NCBI GenBank assembly: GCA_965248055.1
Contig: CBDFIJ010000004.1
Location: 3,168,001 to 3,232,000, forward strand
Source of the DNA: Candidatus Multivoradales bacterium
Lineage (GTDB): Bacteria; Acidobacteriota; Thermoanaerobaculia; Multivoradales; JAHEKO01
Direction: 5' to 3'
Length of the DNA stretch: 64,000 nt
The translations under genes were made by a program, and so were the position numbers. Of this stretch, positions 19,545 through 29,614 are shown in pieces; position 1 is the stretch's first letter; every line of letters begins with the position of its first letter. The notes below the pieces were generated by a model, which made no database searches, was not told where the DNA came from, and was given only the letters and a program-made list of their open reading frames with translations.

Positions 19545-20799
19545 GCAGGTCGAATACTGGCCTGAAGAATGGAGTCAACACCGACTGCCATTCCTTCGTG
19601 AGTACCATCTTGCCCAAGCACGGAATCTCCTTTCTGTTGGTCGAGCAGTCTTTCTCCTTGAACAAGCTTCGCGCAAGAGCGTGATCGAAGAGATCACGAT
19701 TCATCTAGAGCCCTCGCTCTCCAAAGCTGCTGCCAAGGACGTGCTTGAGGCTATTCAGCGGCTAGTTAGGTTCGTTCTTGTTCAACAGGTCAACGTTTCA
19801 CTGGAATTCGACGTCTCTAGTGTCCCGCGTTCACATAGCCCTATAGCGAAAGACAAACCTGGCAAACCGATCTGCCTATTCTCCGGTGGCTTGGATTCTT
19901 TATCCGGAGCTCTTTTCGCCACGAATCAATACAAATCTATACGGGGCGTCTACTGTTCACATCCTCACCAGTCCAGAGTAACCCGGACCGTGCGCCAACT
20001 AGCGGCAGAGGTTTTCGTGCATACATCGGAACCGCTAATCGAAATTCAGGCACCGAAACTCTCTATCTCAGGTTACGCTCAAACCAGAGGGATCTTCTAC
20101 GCACTGTCCGGTGCTGCAGTTGCAGCAGCGCTATCTTCGGACAAACTACTTATTAGCGAAAGTGGCCCTACAATGTTCCAGCCGCCTTTTGCTCCGGCCG
20201 ACAGCGTAACTATGACAACCCACCCCTTTGTCGTAGCTCGAACAAGAGATATCATCGCTCGCTTCCTACCCACGTTGAACATCGACTTGCAGTTCTCGGA
20301 ACTGACAAAGGCTGAAATCGCCGCATTATGTCCTCGACCAGAATTGGTTGAGAGTTGTCATTCATGCGTTTCCCAGAGACTGCCACTGCACGATGGCACT
20401 TGCTACGGTTGTGTCGTTCGACGCCTTGGCACGGCTGTCGCCGGAGTACGTGACACAGAGTACGCCGTGAATCCGCTCGTCGACGAAAAGGCTCATTTCG
20501 GTAACCTCGTGGCCCTCTTGGAATTTTGCAGAGACCTACTACTCGACCGAAATAGCCTTAGTGCCTACCAGACCGGAATTATCGATCAATATCGTAAATG
20601 GGAGCTATTCGAGCGATATGCCTTGGACAACTTCGCGGCGCTAACCCTAGAAAAAGATGGCAGCCTCATTCCACCTGCCAAACAACTTCTGGATCAAGTG
20701 GTAGGTCAGGTTGGCCTTCCCAGATTACTTGACCGAATTCACTCGGTCAGAGGCATTGCAGACCAACCGACTGTCGAGGAAATCTCGATATCTGCCTGA
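19522..20799 (+). CDS. QueC-like PP-loop protein of the QatC/Cap9 type
   Basis: CLFSGGLDS PP-loop, SESG...TTHP, TKAEI, HSC-x7-HDGTCYGCVVRR Zn-type motif; 425 aa, much longer than housekeeping QueC. Confidence 0.85.
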   Translation: MLITQKLKQVEYWPEEWSQHRLPFLREYHLAQARNLLSVGRAVFLLEQASRKSVIEEITIHLEPSLSKAAAKDVLEAIQRLVRFVLVQQVNVSLEFDVSSVPRSHSPIAKDKPGKPICLFSGGLDSLSGALFATNQYKSIRGVYCSHPHQSRVTRTVRQLAAEVFVHTSEPLIEIQAPKLSISGYAQTRGIFYALSGAAVAAALSSDKLLISESGPTMFQPPFAPADSVTMTTHPFVVARTRDIIARFLPTLNIDLQFSELTKAEIAALCPRPELVESCHSCVSQRLPLHDGTCYGCVVRRLGTAVAGVRDTEYAVNPLVDEKAHFGNLVALLEFCRDLLLDRNSLSAYQTGIIDQYRKWELFERYALDNFAALTLEKDGSLIPPAKQLLDQVVGQVGLPRLLDRIHSVRGIADQPTVEEISISA

Positions 20800-21063
20800 C
20801 CCTTACCTCAAACCCAATCCCGATTTATCCCGGCGATAAACCCCATAGAAATCCCTTTGGGACACACCGCCCACACTCCCCATAGTTCGAGCAAGATCCG
20901 AATGTTCCTCCATCGCCTGTACCATGTTCTGCATCTGGCGGGAGCGCTCGGGTTGGCCTTGGAGCAGCAGGCCGTGGGCGCGATCATTGATCATCATCCC
21001 GCACATGTAAGCAGCAGATGCCAGGCGATTACTTGACCCTTCGGTGCTCGACTGAGGTGGCGC

Positions 21064-21918
21064 TCAACGACGCTGGTAGAAAGTCTCGGATCCACTCAAG
21101 AACAAATCAGGGAGTAGGGGCTGACCTGGCTCGACCGCGTAGTGATCGAAGTTGTCGACGCCATGCTGAGCCAAGATCTCTTCGTCGATGATGAACTGCC
21201 CGGTGAGTTCTTGGGAGGGCGTGGTCAGAACGGCGTGGGCGGCGTCGGCCAAGATTTGCGGCTTGCGGCACTTGCTGGGGTCTGCCAGGGGGCCCAGCAT
21301 TGCCAGGGCGGCGGTGGCGATCACGGTGCGTGGCCACAGCGCGTTGACCGCGACGCCTTGGTTCTTGAATTCCTCGGCCATGCCCAGAACGCATAGGCTC
21401 ATGCCGTACTTGGCCATGGTGTAGGCGAGGTGATGGGCGAACCAAACCGGATCTAAATTGGGCGGCGGAGCCAGGGTCAAGATGTGGGGATTGTCGGCCT
21501 TCAAGAGATGTGGCAAGCAAGTCTGCGAGCACAGGAAGGTGCCTCGGGTGTTGACCGACCACATTAGGTCGAATCGCTTCATCGTTGTTTGTAGAGTTGG
21601 AGTGAGCGAAATCGCGCTGGCGTTGTTGACCAGGATGTCGATGCCTCCGAACTTGGCCACCGCCTGCTCAACAGCATCGTGGACCACCGCTTCTTCGCGA
21701 ATGTCGACCCGCAGTGGCAAGGCGCGACCCCCGGCGGCTTCAACTTCTTTGGCGACAGAATGGATGGTTCCCGGTAGCTGCGGATGGGGCTTGTCGCTTT
21801 TGGCAGCGATGACGATATTGGCTCCGTCTCGGGCGGCTCGAAGAGCGATTTCCCGACCGATACCGCGGCTGGCGCCGGTGATAAACAGAGTCTTGTCTTG
21901 CAGGCTTGCTTGGCTCAT
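21064..21918 (-). CDS. Short-chain dehydrogenase (HSDL2/citronellol dehydrogenase-like)
   Basis: TGASRGIG, NNASAI, YTMAK, NALWPRT. Confidence 0.92.
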   Translation of the reverse strand: MSQASLQDKTLFITGASRGIGREIALRAARDGANIVIAAKSDKPHPQLPGTIHSVAKEVEAAGGRALPLRVDIREEAVVHDAVEQAVAKFGGIDILVNNASAISLTPTLQTTMKRFDLMWSVNTRGTFLCSQTCLPHLLKADNPHILTLAPPPNLDPVWFAHHLAYTMAKYGMSLCVLGMAEEFKNQGVAVNALWPRTVIATAALAMLGPLADPSKCRKPQILADAAHAVLTTPSQELTGQFIIDEEILAQHGVDNFDHYAVEPGQPLLPDLFLSGSETFYQRR

Positions 21919-22004
21919 GAATTCCTCCAGGCCGGATGATACTTTCTTCGCGATCGGAGGGGGCGGTTCCCTCCCATTTGCAGTCAATCGACAAAGGACG
22001 ACTC

Positions 22005-22370
22005 ATGACACGAAGTATTGACGAATTTCGCCGCCATCGCGAGCACATGAACGACCGGATCTTTGAGACCGGGAATCTCGGAATTAAGCGATTTTTCAAC
22101 CTCGACACCGCCGCCTACCGCGAGGGAGCGTTGAGCGTACAGAGTAAGGAGTTGATGGGGTTGGTGGCGTCGATGGTGCTGCGTTGTAACGATTGCATCG
22201 ACTACCACCTGGATCGTTGCGTCGAAGAGGGGGTCGAAGATGACCCGCTGATGGAGGCGATGAACGTGGCATTGGTGGTCGGGGGCAGCATCGTCATCCC
22301 GCATTTACGCCACGCGGTCGGAACCCTGGACCAACTCCGGGGTCGCGATACCGAGCATGAAGGGGGTTGA
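22005..22370 (+). CDS. Carboxymuconolactone decarboxylase/AhpD-like protein
   Basis: KELMGLVASMVLRCNDCIDYH, VVGGSIVIPH. Confidence 0.9.
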   Translation: MTRSIDEFRRHREHMNDRIFETGNLGIKRFFNLDTAAYREGALSVQSKELMGLVASMVLRCNDCIDYHLDRCVEEGVEDDPLMEAMNVALVVGGSIVIPHLRHAVGTLDQLRGRDTEHEGG

Positions 22371-22788
22371 AATTTCGATCAGTCCAACCCCGGTCGATCG
22401 ATTCCGAATCCTGGTGATTTGCACCGGCAACTCGGCTCGCTCGCAGATCGCCGAAGCCCTGGTTTCGTCATCTGGGCGGCTAGCGTCTTGAGGTGGTGAG
22501 CGCAGGTACCGATCCGGTCGGTGTGCATCCGCTGGTTCCCAAGGTGATGGCCGAGGTCGGCGTTGCGACCACTGGTCTGTGATCCAAAGCAATCACCGAA
22601 TTTGTTGAGCAAGAATCTAATCTGGTGATCACAGTGTGTGATCGAGCTGCGGCTTCTTGCCGGTGTTTCCCGGCGCCGGGGCTACGTTGTACTGGCCGTT
22701 TGTCGATCCCGCAGCAGCCGAGCCGACGGATCAGACAGCAGCCTTTCGCGATGTACGCGATCGGATCGGCGATCGAGTGGGTGGCTAG
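22357..22788 (+). pseudogene. arsC: Arsenate reductase / LMW-PTP pseudogene
   Basis: RILVICTGNSARSQIAEA, VSAGTDP, LVITVCD, C(P)VFPG, WPFVDP, FRDVRDRI spread over 2 frameshifts and 2 internal stops. Confidence 0.85.
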
Positions 22789-24434
22789 TTGACGGGCGTT
22801 GCGGGCGCGGGCTCTCTGCCGAACAGCTCGCCAAAGAAATTCCCCTGGTTCCAGGTCGGTTTGTCCGGAGCATTGGCGATCATCTGACCGATCAAGGCGT
22901 TGACTTGTGCGAAGGTGGTCACCGCGCCGAAATCGACCGCTAGGCCGATTTGGTCGGAAGGCTTGTGGTAATTCTGTTTGCGGAACTGAGTCTGGATTGC
23001 TTCACCATCGATCTCGGGATCAGACGATTGAAAACCGGGCTTGAGATAGACCGCGGGGACTCCTTTGCGGACGAAGGAATATTGATCTGAGCGAACGAAC
23101 AGAACTTCTTGGGGCATCGGATCCGGGGACAGCGTCAACCCGGTTGCGGTCGCGGCTTCTTCGAGGATCTGCTTCAAACTCGAATGCTCGGCTCCAAAGG
23201 CCACCATGTCGGCAAGCGGATACATCAACAGAGGCATGTCGACGTTGACGTTGGCGATCATCGATTCGGTGGGTACGGTGGGGAATTCAGCGAAGTACTG
23301 AGAGCCGAGTAGTCCGCTTTCCTCGCCGGTGACGGCGAGAAACAAGATCGAACGCGCCGGTCGCTGGGGAACTTCTGCCAAACTCCGCGCCACTTCCAAC
23401 ATGATGGAGATGCCCATTGCATTGTCGTAATAACCGTTGCTGATGTCGTCGCCGTCGATCTCTCGGCCACGGCCGATGTGGTCCAAATGGGCCGAGTAGA
23501 CGACGTATTGGTCGGCTAAATCAGGGTCAGATCCACGCAGGATACCTGCGACGTTGGGACTGGTTACCACCTGTTGCTGGCTCTCAGCGGCAAACGAGAG
23601 ACTGACTCCGGGCATATTGAAACTTGCTGGAACGCCTTCCTCGGCCTCAGCCAAAACTTGCTCGACGTCGGCCCCAGCCAGGGCCAATACCTTTTCGGCT
23701 CCAGTCGGACTGAGGACGATACGGGCTTTGTAACTAGGGGCGATACTGTCTGGAAATTGCTCGTCATTGCGCCACACCATGTTGGGGCGATCAGCGAACT
23801 GCAGAACACGATCCCATGAATAGCGCTTGCGGTCGGTCAAGGTTCTAATCTGCATGGCTCCGACCGCGCCGCGCGCGATCAGCTCTCGATTCTTGGTTGC
23901 GCGGGAGGAGTAATGCGCTCGCCGTTCGCTGGGTAGGCTGCTGGGAGCTCCACTGAGAAGGACAGCGATCTTGCCGTCGACATCAACGTTGCCGAAACTG
24001 TCGACGCCGTCGTCTGGGGCGTCGATTCCAAAACCGACGAACACCAGCGGCGCGGAGACCTGGACCGACGCGGCAAACGGATAGTGCGATGCTAGAAAAT
24101 CCTCTTTGTGCTCAAGGGTTACCATCTCGTCATCCATCTGCAACACGACTCCAGGGGCGGTCTCCGAATTGCTGGTTCTGACGAACTCAATGCGCTGTAA
24201 GAATCCGTCGGTGCCTCCGGGCTCCAGACCGATTTGCTGAAATTCAGAAGCGACGTACTTGGCGGCAATTTCGTAGCCAGGCGTTCCGGTCTCGCGCCCT
24301 TCCAGCAGATCATCTGCGAGGAAGTCGAGGTGTGCGCGCACTCGATCGCTCGAAATCGCAGTCGAGTCTGCGAACAAAGAACCGGCGCTCGCCAGAACGA
24401 GGCAAAAAAGGACCGTTTGAGTTGTTTTATGCAT
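22785..24434 (-). CDS. Secreted M28-family metallopeptidase with PA domain
   Basis: Signal peptide; SAHLDH, NGYYDNAMG, TGEESGLLGS, RSDQY, YHKPSD. Confidence 0.92.
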   Translation of the reverse strand: MHKTTQTVLFCLVLASAGSLFADSTAISSDRVRAHLDFLADDLLEGRETGTPGYEIAAKYVASEFQQIGLEPGGTDGFLQRIEFVRTSNSETAPGVVLQMDDEMVTLEHKEDFLASHYPFAASVQVSAPLVFVGFGIDAPDDGVDSFGNVDVDGKIAVLLSGAPSSLPSERRAHYSSRATKNRELIARGAVGAMQIRTLTDRKRYSWDRVLQFADRPNMVWRNDEQFPDSIAPSYKARIVLSPTGAEKVLALAGADVEQVLAEAEEGVPASFNMPGVSLSFAAESQQQVVTSPNVAGILRGSDPDLADQYVVYSAHLDHIGRGREIDGDDISNGYYDNAMGISIMLEVARSLAEVPQRPARSILFLAVTGEESGLLGSQYFAEFPTVPTESMIANVNVDMPLLMYPLADMVAFGAEHSSLKQILEEAATATGLTLSPDPMPQEVLFVRSDQYSFVRKGVPAVYLKPGFQSSDPEIDGEAIQTQFRKQNYHKPSDQIGLAVDFGAVTTFAQVNALIGQMIANAPDKPTWNQGNFFGELFGREPAPATPVN

Positions 24435-24460
24435 GGTGTCTCCTGGCTGCGCAGCCTATC

Positions 24461-25309
24461 TCACTGGCTGTTGGTGCGGTCTTGGGTGGAGGAATCGAGC
24501 TGATCAGCCAAGGATGACAACAAGACTTCAGCCGGGTTGCTCAGGTGGATGATACGGCTGCCCGGTGGCGGCGGGGCATGGGGATCGATCGAAAACATCT
24601 GCGCCTTGGAGTCCCAGCCAGCGCGGATAAGCATGTCGGTAATTCCCACTGAGAACGAGGTGCCGACAAACATAATCAGGTTTGCAGCGCGTGCGCATTC
24701 CAGTACCTGGTCGATCCGGTAGTCCAAGTGGCTGTCGTAGTACTCGTCAAAGAACAATACATGGGGCCGAAGCACAGAACTGCATTCGGGACAGTGTGGC
24801 AAGGTTTCCTGGGACGGCTTGGTGCGAAATGACGCAAGGTCGATCTGCGCTCGGTCGATGGAACCGGCTGGTGCCGCGCGAGAACAGCTCCTCGCCGAGC
24901 AGCGGAGTCGACTCGCAGTGCCGTGGACCTTGATCAGTTCCTGACTACCAGCGCGCTCGTGCAGTGGGTCGATATTCTGTGTGACGACGGTAAATGCTTG
25001 GGAGCGTTGTCTCGCCCAGCGCTCCATCTCGACCAAAGCGAAGTGAGCTGGGTTGGGTTGGGCCGAGTCCACCGTAGCAAAACGGTCCAAATACCAACGC
25101 CAGTGCCCAACTGGGTCCCTTTCGAGCATGCCGCGGGTCGCCATTTCTAGGTCGTGCACATTCCAGATGGCGCCTGGGTCTGAGCCACGAAAGGTTTGAA
25201 TGCCGCTGGCACGGCTGATCCCGGCTCCGGTGACGATCAAGATCTCGGTTCCGGTCTCGATAAATGCATCCAAGAGTTGCTGCGACGGATTTGTTGGCAG
25301 GTCTGTCAT
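24461..25309 (-). CDS. cobB: Sirtuin NAD-dependent deacylase
   Basis: TGAGISRASGIQTFRG, TQNIDPLH, HG, Zn Cys pairs, GTS. Confidence 0.88.
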   Translation of the reverse strand: MTDLPTNPSQQLLDAFIETGTEILIVTGAGISRASGIQTFRGSDPGAIWNVHDLEMATRGMLERDPVGHWRWYLDRFATVDSAQPNPAHFALVEMERWARQRSQAFTVVTQNIDPLHERAGSQELIKVHGTASRLRCSARSCSRAAPAGSIDRAQIDLASFRTKPSQETLPHCPECSSVLRPHVLFFDEYYDSHLDYRIDQVLECARAANLIMFVGTSFSVGITDMLIRAGWDSKAQMFSIDPHAPPPPGSRIIHLSNPAEVLLSSLADQLDSSTQDRTNSQ

Positions 25310-25366
25310 GGTGTGAAAATTGTGCGGCGTTACTCTCTCGACTGGGCCGCGCCGTAGAATACGACG

Positions 25367-25876
25367 GTGCCGATCTATGAGTTCTACTGCGAAGCTTGCC
25401 ACACCGTCTACAGCTTCCTTTCGCAGCGGGTCGATTCCGAGGTGGTGCCGGCCTGTCCAACCGAGGAGGACCACCAGCTGCAGCGCAAGCCGTCCCAGTT
25501 CGCCACTATTTCCAGCAGCGATCAGAAACTTGGTGATGACGAAATGATTCCCGGTGTTGACGAGGATCGGTTAGAGCGAGCGGTGGATCAATTGGCGGGT
25601 GAATTTGAGCATGGCAATGTGGACGCAGATGACCCCAAGGTCATGGCGCAGATGTTTCGCCGCTTCGGCGAGGCGGGTGGCTTGAAACCGGGGCCGATGA
25701 TGGAAGAGATGCTGGCGAAACTGGAGAGCGCCGACGACATCGAACAGGTGGAAGCTGAGTTTCAAGGGCTGGACGACAGCGAGGCAGACGTCGAACAGTT
25801 CTTCCAGGTGCGCAAGGCTTTGCGCGATCGCTGTCAACGCCAACCACAGGTCGACGAGACCCTCTATTTTCTCTAG
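25367..25876 (+). CDS. FmdB-family zinc-ribbon protein
   Basis: MPIYEFYCEAC...CP. Confidence 0.85.
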   Translation: MPIYEFYCEACHTVYSFLSQRVDSEVVPACPTEEDHQLQRKPSQFATISSSDQKLGDDEMIPGVDEDRLERAVDQLAGEFEHGNVDADDPKVMAQMFRRFGEAGGLKPGPMMEEMLAKLESADDIEQVEAEFQGLDDSEADVEQFFQVRKALRDRCQRQPQVDETLYFL

Positions 25877-27489
25877 TGGCCTCTGGGGCAATCAAGGTAG
25901 CAACCGGCATCCTGCTCAGTAGGATCAGTGGTTTCGTGCGTGAGGTGGTGATCGCTGCGCTGCTGGGCGCAACCGCCTATGCGGATGTCTTTCGTTTCCT
26001 GCTGCGCGCGCCGAACCTGTTGCAGAACCTGTTAGGAGAACAAACCCTTTCAGCGGCTCTGATTCCAGTTTATTCGCGGCGCTTGGCCAAGGGAGATCCA
26101 GAGGGCGCGCGACGCTTGGCCGGAAGAGTTTTGGGTTGGTTACTGGTGATTGTCGCCTTGCTGGTGGTGGCTGGGTCGCTGTTGGCGGAACCGTTTGTTG
26201 GCTTGGTGATGCCTGGGTGGCTAGTCGATCGAGCCGCAACGGCAGAGGCGCTCGGGGTCGATCGGTTTGCGCTCGCGGTACAGGGGATCCGCTGGATGTT
26301 TCCGGCGATCGGTTTCTTAGTTCTCTCTGCGTGGGCGCTGGCAGTGCTCAACAGCCATCGCCGTTTTCTGGTTTCCTACACCGCACCGATTGTTTGGAAT
26401 TTGGCGATTGCCGGGGCTTTGATCGCTGCTACTCAGGGCTGGTTGGGCGAGCGCAGTAGTGGTTCACTGTTGGTGATGGCCGGGGTGTTCGGCGTCTTGG
26501 TGGGGAGCGCGCTGCAGTTTTTCGTGCAGTTGCCGTTTGTCCGTCGAGAAACCGGCAGCTTGCCGCTGAGCCGCCCTCGTTGGACCTCCGGCGTGGGTGA
26601 AGTAGCTGGCGCGATGGGACCGTTGATGGCAGGGCGGGGCGTGGTGCAGTTGTCAGCCTATTTGGACCAATTCCTGGCTTCCTTCATTGCCGCCGGGGGG
26701 ATTTCGGTTCTGGGATATTCACAGACCTTGTTCTTGTTGCCGGTGGCGTTGTTGGGCATGTCGATGGCGGCCGCCGAGCTGCCGACGCTTTCGCGAGAAC
26801 TGGAGTCAGGGGTAATCGGCGATTTGGTTCCGCGCATCCGCAACGCGTTGCGTCGCACCGGAGTCTTCGCGGTGCCCGCCGCGGTTGGGTTCTTGCTGCT
26901 GGGCGGGTTGTTGGTGCGGGTGGCCTTTCAAAGAGGCCGATTTACCGCAGAGGACTCGACGCTGACTTGGTTGGTGTTGTCGGGCTACTCGTTGGGATTG
27001 GTGGCGACGATTGCTGCCCGGCAACTGCAGAATGTGTTTGTCGCCGCCAGCAAGACCAAGACCCCGGCAAGAATCGCGGTGCTGCGGGTGGTTGTGTCGG
27101 CGGCGATTGGGATTCCAGCGATGCTCTACTTGGATCAATATTGGGTGCCTGGATTCACCGACGGCGCACGGCGCTTAGGAGCGGTGGGGCTGGCGGTGGG
27201 CTCCGGGATCGCCGCCTGGGTCGAATTAGCAGCACTACGCCGCGCGCTGGCGAAGATCGAGTTTCGCCATCTTCTGCCAGTCGGTTTGTGGTTGCGAGCA
27301 CTGGCTTTGTCGCTGGTTGCGGCAACCTTGGCATGGGGGCTTTGGGTTTTGCTCGATCGCGCGCAGGTGGGTGGATGGAAAGATCTGGCCACCCTCGGGT
27401 GCTATGCTGCCAGCTACGTGATTGGGGCACGCCTTCTCGGAATGCAGGAAGTGACCGACTGGTTTCAGTCGGACGCGGAAGGAACTTAA
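25876..27489 (+). CDS. murJ: Lipid II flippase MurJ (MviN)
   Basis: SRISGFVRE, PNLLQNLLGE, FQRGRFT; polytopic. Confidence 0.92.
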   Translation: MASGAIKVATGILLSRISGFVREVVIAALLGATAYADVFRFLLRAPNLLQNLLGEQTLSAALIPVYSRRLAKGDPEGARRLAGRVLGWLLVIVALLVVAGSLLAEPFVGLVMPGWLVDRAATAEALGVDRFALAVQGIRWMFPAIGFLVLSAWALAVLNSHRRFLVSYTAPIVWNLAIAGALIAATQGWLGERSSGSLLVMAGVFGVLVGSALQFFVQLPFVRRETGSLPLSRPRWTSGVGEVAGAMGPLMAGRGVVQLSAYLDQFLASFIAAGGISVLGYSQTLFLLPVALLGMSMAAAELPTLSRELESGVIGDLVPRIRNALRRTGVFAVPAAVGFLLLGGLLVRVAFQRGRFTAEDSTLTWLVLSGYSLGLVATIAARQLQNVFVAASKTKTPARIAVLRVVVSAAIGIPAMLYLDQYWVPGFTDGARRLGAVGLAVGSGIAAWVELAALRRALAKIEFRHLLPVGLWLRALALSLVAATLAWGLWVLLDRAQVGGWKDLATLGCYAASYVIGARLLGMQEVTDWFQSDAEGT

Positions 27490-27933
27490 ATGCGCATCGC
27501 GATCGCTTCTGACCACGCTGGATACCTTTACAAAGAGGGATTGATTGCGATGCTCCAAGAAATGGGGCACGAGGTGGTTGATCTTGGCACCGATTCGACC
27601 GAGTCTGTTGACTATCCGTTGTACATCCGTCCGGCCGCAGAAGCCGTACAAAAAGGGCAATGCGAGCGAGGAATCGTGCTTGGCGGATCGGGCAACGGAG
27701 AAGCGATGGTGGCCAATCGGTTGGCTGGCATTCGCTGTGCATTGTGTTGGAACGTAGAGTCGGCGCGAATGGCGCGCTCTCACAACGACGCAAATATGAT
27801 TTCTTTGGGGGAGCGGATGATGGATTTTGAAACCGCATGCGAGATTGTTCGTATTTGGATAGAGACCCCGTTTGACGGCGGCCGCCACCAAGCGCGAATT
27901 CGCCAGATCGACGGTGTCGAGGTTGATCGATGA
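27490..27933 (+). CDS. rpiB: Ribose-5-phosphate isomerase B
   Basis: ASDHAG, VDYP, GGSGNG, HNDAN, GGRH. Confidence 0.95.
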   Translation: MRIAIASDHAGYLYKEGLIAMLQEMGHEVVDLGTDSTESVDYPLYIRPAAEAVQKGQCERGIVLGGSGNGEAMVANRLAGIRCALCWNVESARMARSHNDANMISLGERMMDFETACEIVRIWIETPFDGGRHQARIRQIDGVEVDR

Positions 27934-28502
27934 GCGAGACTGCACTCAGCATTTGTATTGGATTGGGACTGGCAGCAGCCTGCGGCTTTCGTGTTTTTGT
28001 TCCGTTGTTGGTGGTTAATCTGGCCGCGCGGGCTGGGTTCCTGTCTCTCGGTGAGAGCTTTCAGTGGTTGGAGTCAACCCCCGCGTTGCTGGCGTTTGCC
28101 GGAGCGACGGTTCTTGAGGTCGGTGCCTACTACATTCCCTGGATCGACAATTTGCTGGATATCGTCTCTTCGCCGGCGGCGGTGACCGCAGGGACCGTGC
28201 TCAGCGCCTCGGTGATCACCGGAATCGATCCCTTTTTCAAGTGGACCTTGGCTGCCATCGCAGGCGGCGGAATCGCCGGTGGTGTGCAGTTGCTGTCTAG
28301 TGGCACACGGGGGGCTTCAACCGTACTCACCGCTGGGTTGGGGAATTTCGCGGTGTCTTCGGCGGAATTGACTGGTTCGGTTCTATTTTCCATAGCCTCC
28401 GTAGTGGTGCCAGTCGTTGCCATGATCTTGCTTCTGGTATTAACCTTGTTTGCAGTGAGTCGACTTCGTCGTCGGCGTTATCAAACGATTCCTGATTCAT
28501 GA
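27930..28502 (+). CDS. DUF4126-like membrane protein
   Basis: GLGLAAACGFRVFVPLL, AYYIPWIDN. Confidence 0.82.
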   Translation: MSETALSICIGLGLAAACGFRVFVPLLVVNLAARAGFLSLGESFQWLESTPALLAFAGATVLEVGAYYIPWIDNLLDIVSSPAAVTAGTVLSASVITGIDPFFKWTLAAIAGGGIAGGVQLLSSGTRGASTVLTAGLGNFAVSSAELTGSVLFSIASVVVPVVAMILLLVLTLFAVSRLRRRRYQTIPDS

Positions 28503-29614
28503 GTTACGTCCATCGCCGAGCCATCCCTGTCTTCGTCCTAGCGACGTTGTGGGGATCTGTGCTCTCGGCGGTGGGAACCGAGTCGAGCGAGCGAGAAACA
28601 GCGCTTCAGGCACGTAATGCAGCGCCGACCGCGGTGGTGGCACCATTTCAAGTTGACCCCGAGATGCGCGAGTGGGTTCATCGTGAGGTGGGCTACGGTG
28701 GATCGCGCGAGAAACGACTCAATCGACTGTTGATGGCCTTGCTCGGCGATCGCAATCTGGACCTGACCTACGCCGCCGGCTACACCGGAACAGCCCGAGA
28801 AGTCTTTGAAACCCGATCGGCGAACTGTTTGGGGTTTACCCACTTGTTCGTTGGACTAGCCCGTGAGTTGGGCGTCAGCGTCGACTACTTGAGAGTGGCG
28901 GACGTCCAGCGGGTGCAAAGGCAGGGCGACTTTGTGGTTGTTTCTGGACACGTCAGTGCTGGCTACAACACCGGTCCGGAGTACCAGGTCTTGGATTTCT
29001 CGGAACTTCCCAGCGACGAGTACCGGCATGTGCAAGTGATGGATGACCGCTCGGTAGTAGCCTTGCATCACGTCAATCGCGGCGCGGAGTTGATGCTCGA
29101 AGGGCGCTGGAGTGAGGCGTTGAAGTGGTTGGAATTGGGAGTCACATTTGACCCCACACTACCCGAAGGTTGGGTCAACCTGGGGGTGCATTACCGACAG
29201 GCTGGACGCATCGTCGAGGCCGAGCAGGCCTACCGAACGGCGATTGAACTCTCTCCTGAGTTTGCCTCTGCCTACCAGAATTTGGCAGCTTTGTTGATGC
29301 AACAGCACGGAAGAAGAGATGAAGCGTTGGGGTTGCTGGATCTGGCGACTGAGAACAAGACTCGCAATCCGTATCATTTTGTGGCGTTGGGAGACTTGGC
29401 AAGAGGGCAGGGGCGCATGGAGATCGCCGGTAGCTATTACCGCCGGGCTCTGGCGTTAGCTCCAGGAGAAGCTGAGACCCTGGCAGCTATGGGCATTTGG
29501 GCTGACCTCGCTGAGAAGCCTCGCAAAGCCCGCAAGCTTTTGCGCAAGGCCAAGAGCGCCGATGCAGAGCACCCCCGGGTCAAGACCCTGGCACAGCGAC
29601 TACGCGACAGCTAG
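28499..29614 (+). CDS. Secreted transglutaminase-like / TPR protein
   Basis: Signal peptide, ANCLGF...GHV...LD triad-like motif, C-terminal TPRs. Confidence 0.8.
   Translation: MSYVHRRAIPVFVLATLWGSVLSAVGTESSERETALQARNAAPTAVVAPFQVDPEMREWVHREVGYGGSREKRLNRLLMALLGDRNLDLTYAAGYTGTAREVFETRSANCLGFTHLFVGLARELGVSVDYLRVADVQRVQRQGDFVVVSGHVSAGYNTGPEYQVLDFSELPSDEYRHVQVMDDRSVVALHHVNRGAELMLEGRWSEALKWLELGVTFDPTLPEGWVNLGVHYRQAGRIVEAEQAYRTAIELSPEFASAYQNLAALLMQQHGRRDEALGLLDLATENKTRNPYHFVALGDLARGQGRMEIAGSYYRRALALAPGEAETLAAMGIWADLAEKPRKARKLLRKAKSADAEHPRVKTLAQRLRDS

Noticed and set aside
19522-20799. Housekeeping queC
   Set aside because: Much longer than canonical QueC, carries TTHP and RR motifs of the QatC/Cap9 type, and has no queD, queE or queF nearby
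20803-21006. 67-aa ORF as a fifth member of the QueC-like operon
   Set aside because: Opposite strand, no clear RBS or motif; possibly a gene remnant
24461-25309. Sirtuin as a defence (SIR2) effector
   Set aside because: Has the Zn-binding module and motifs of housekeeping CobB and sits among core genes
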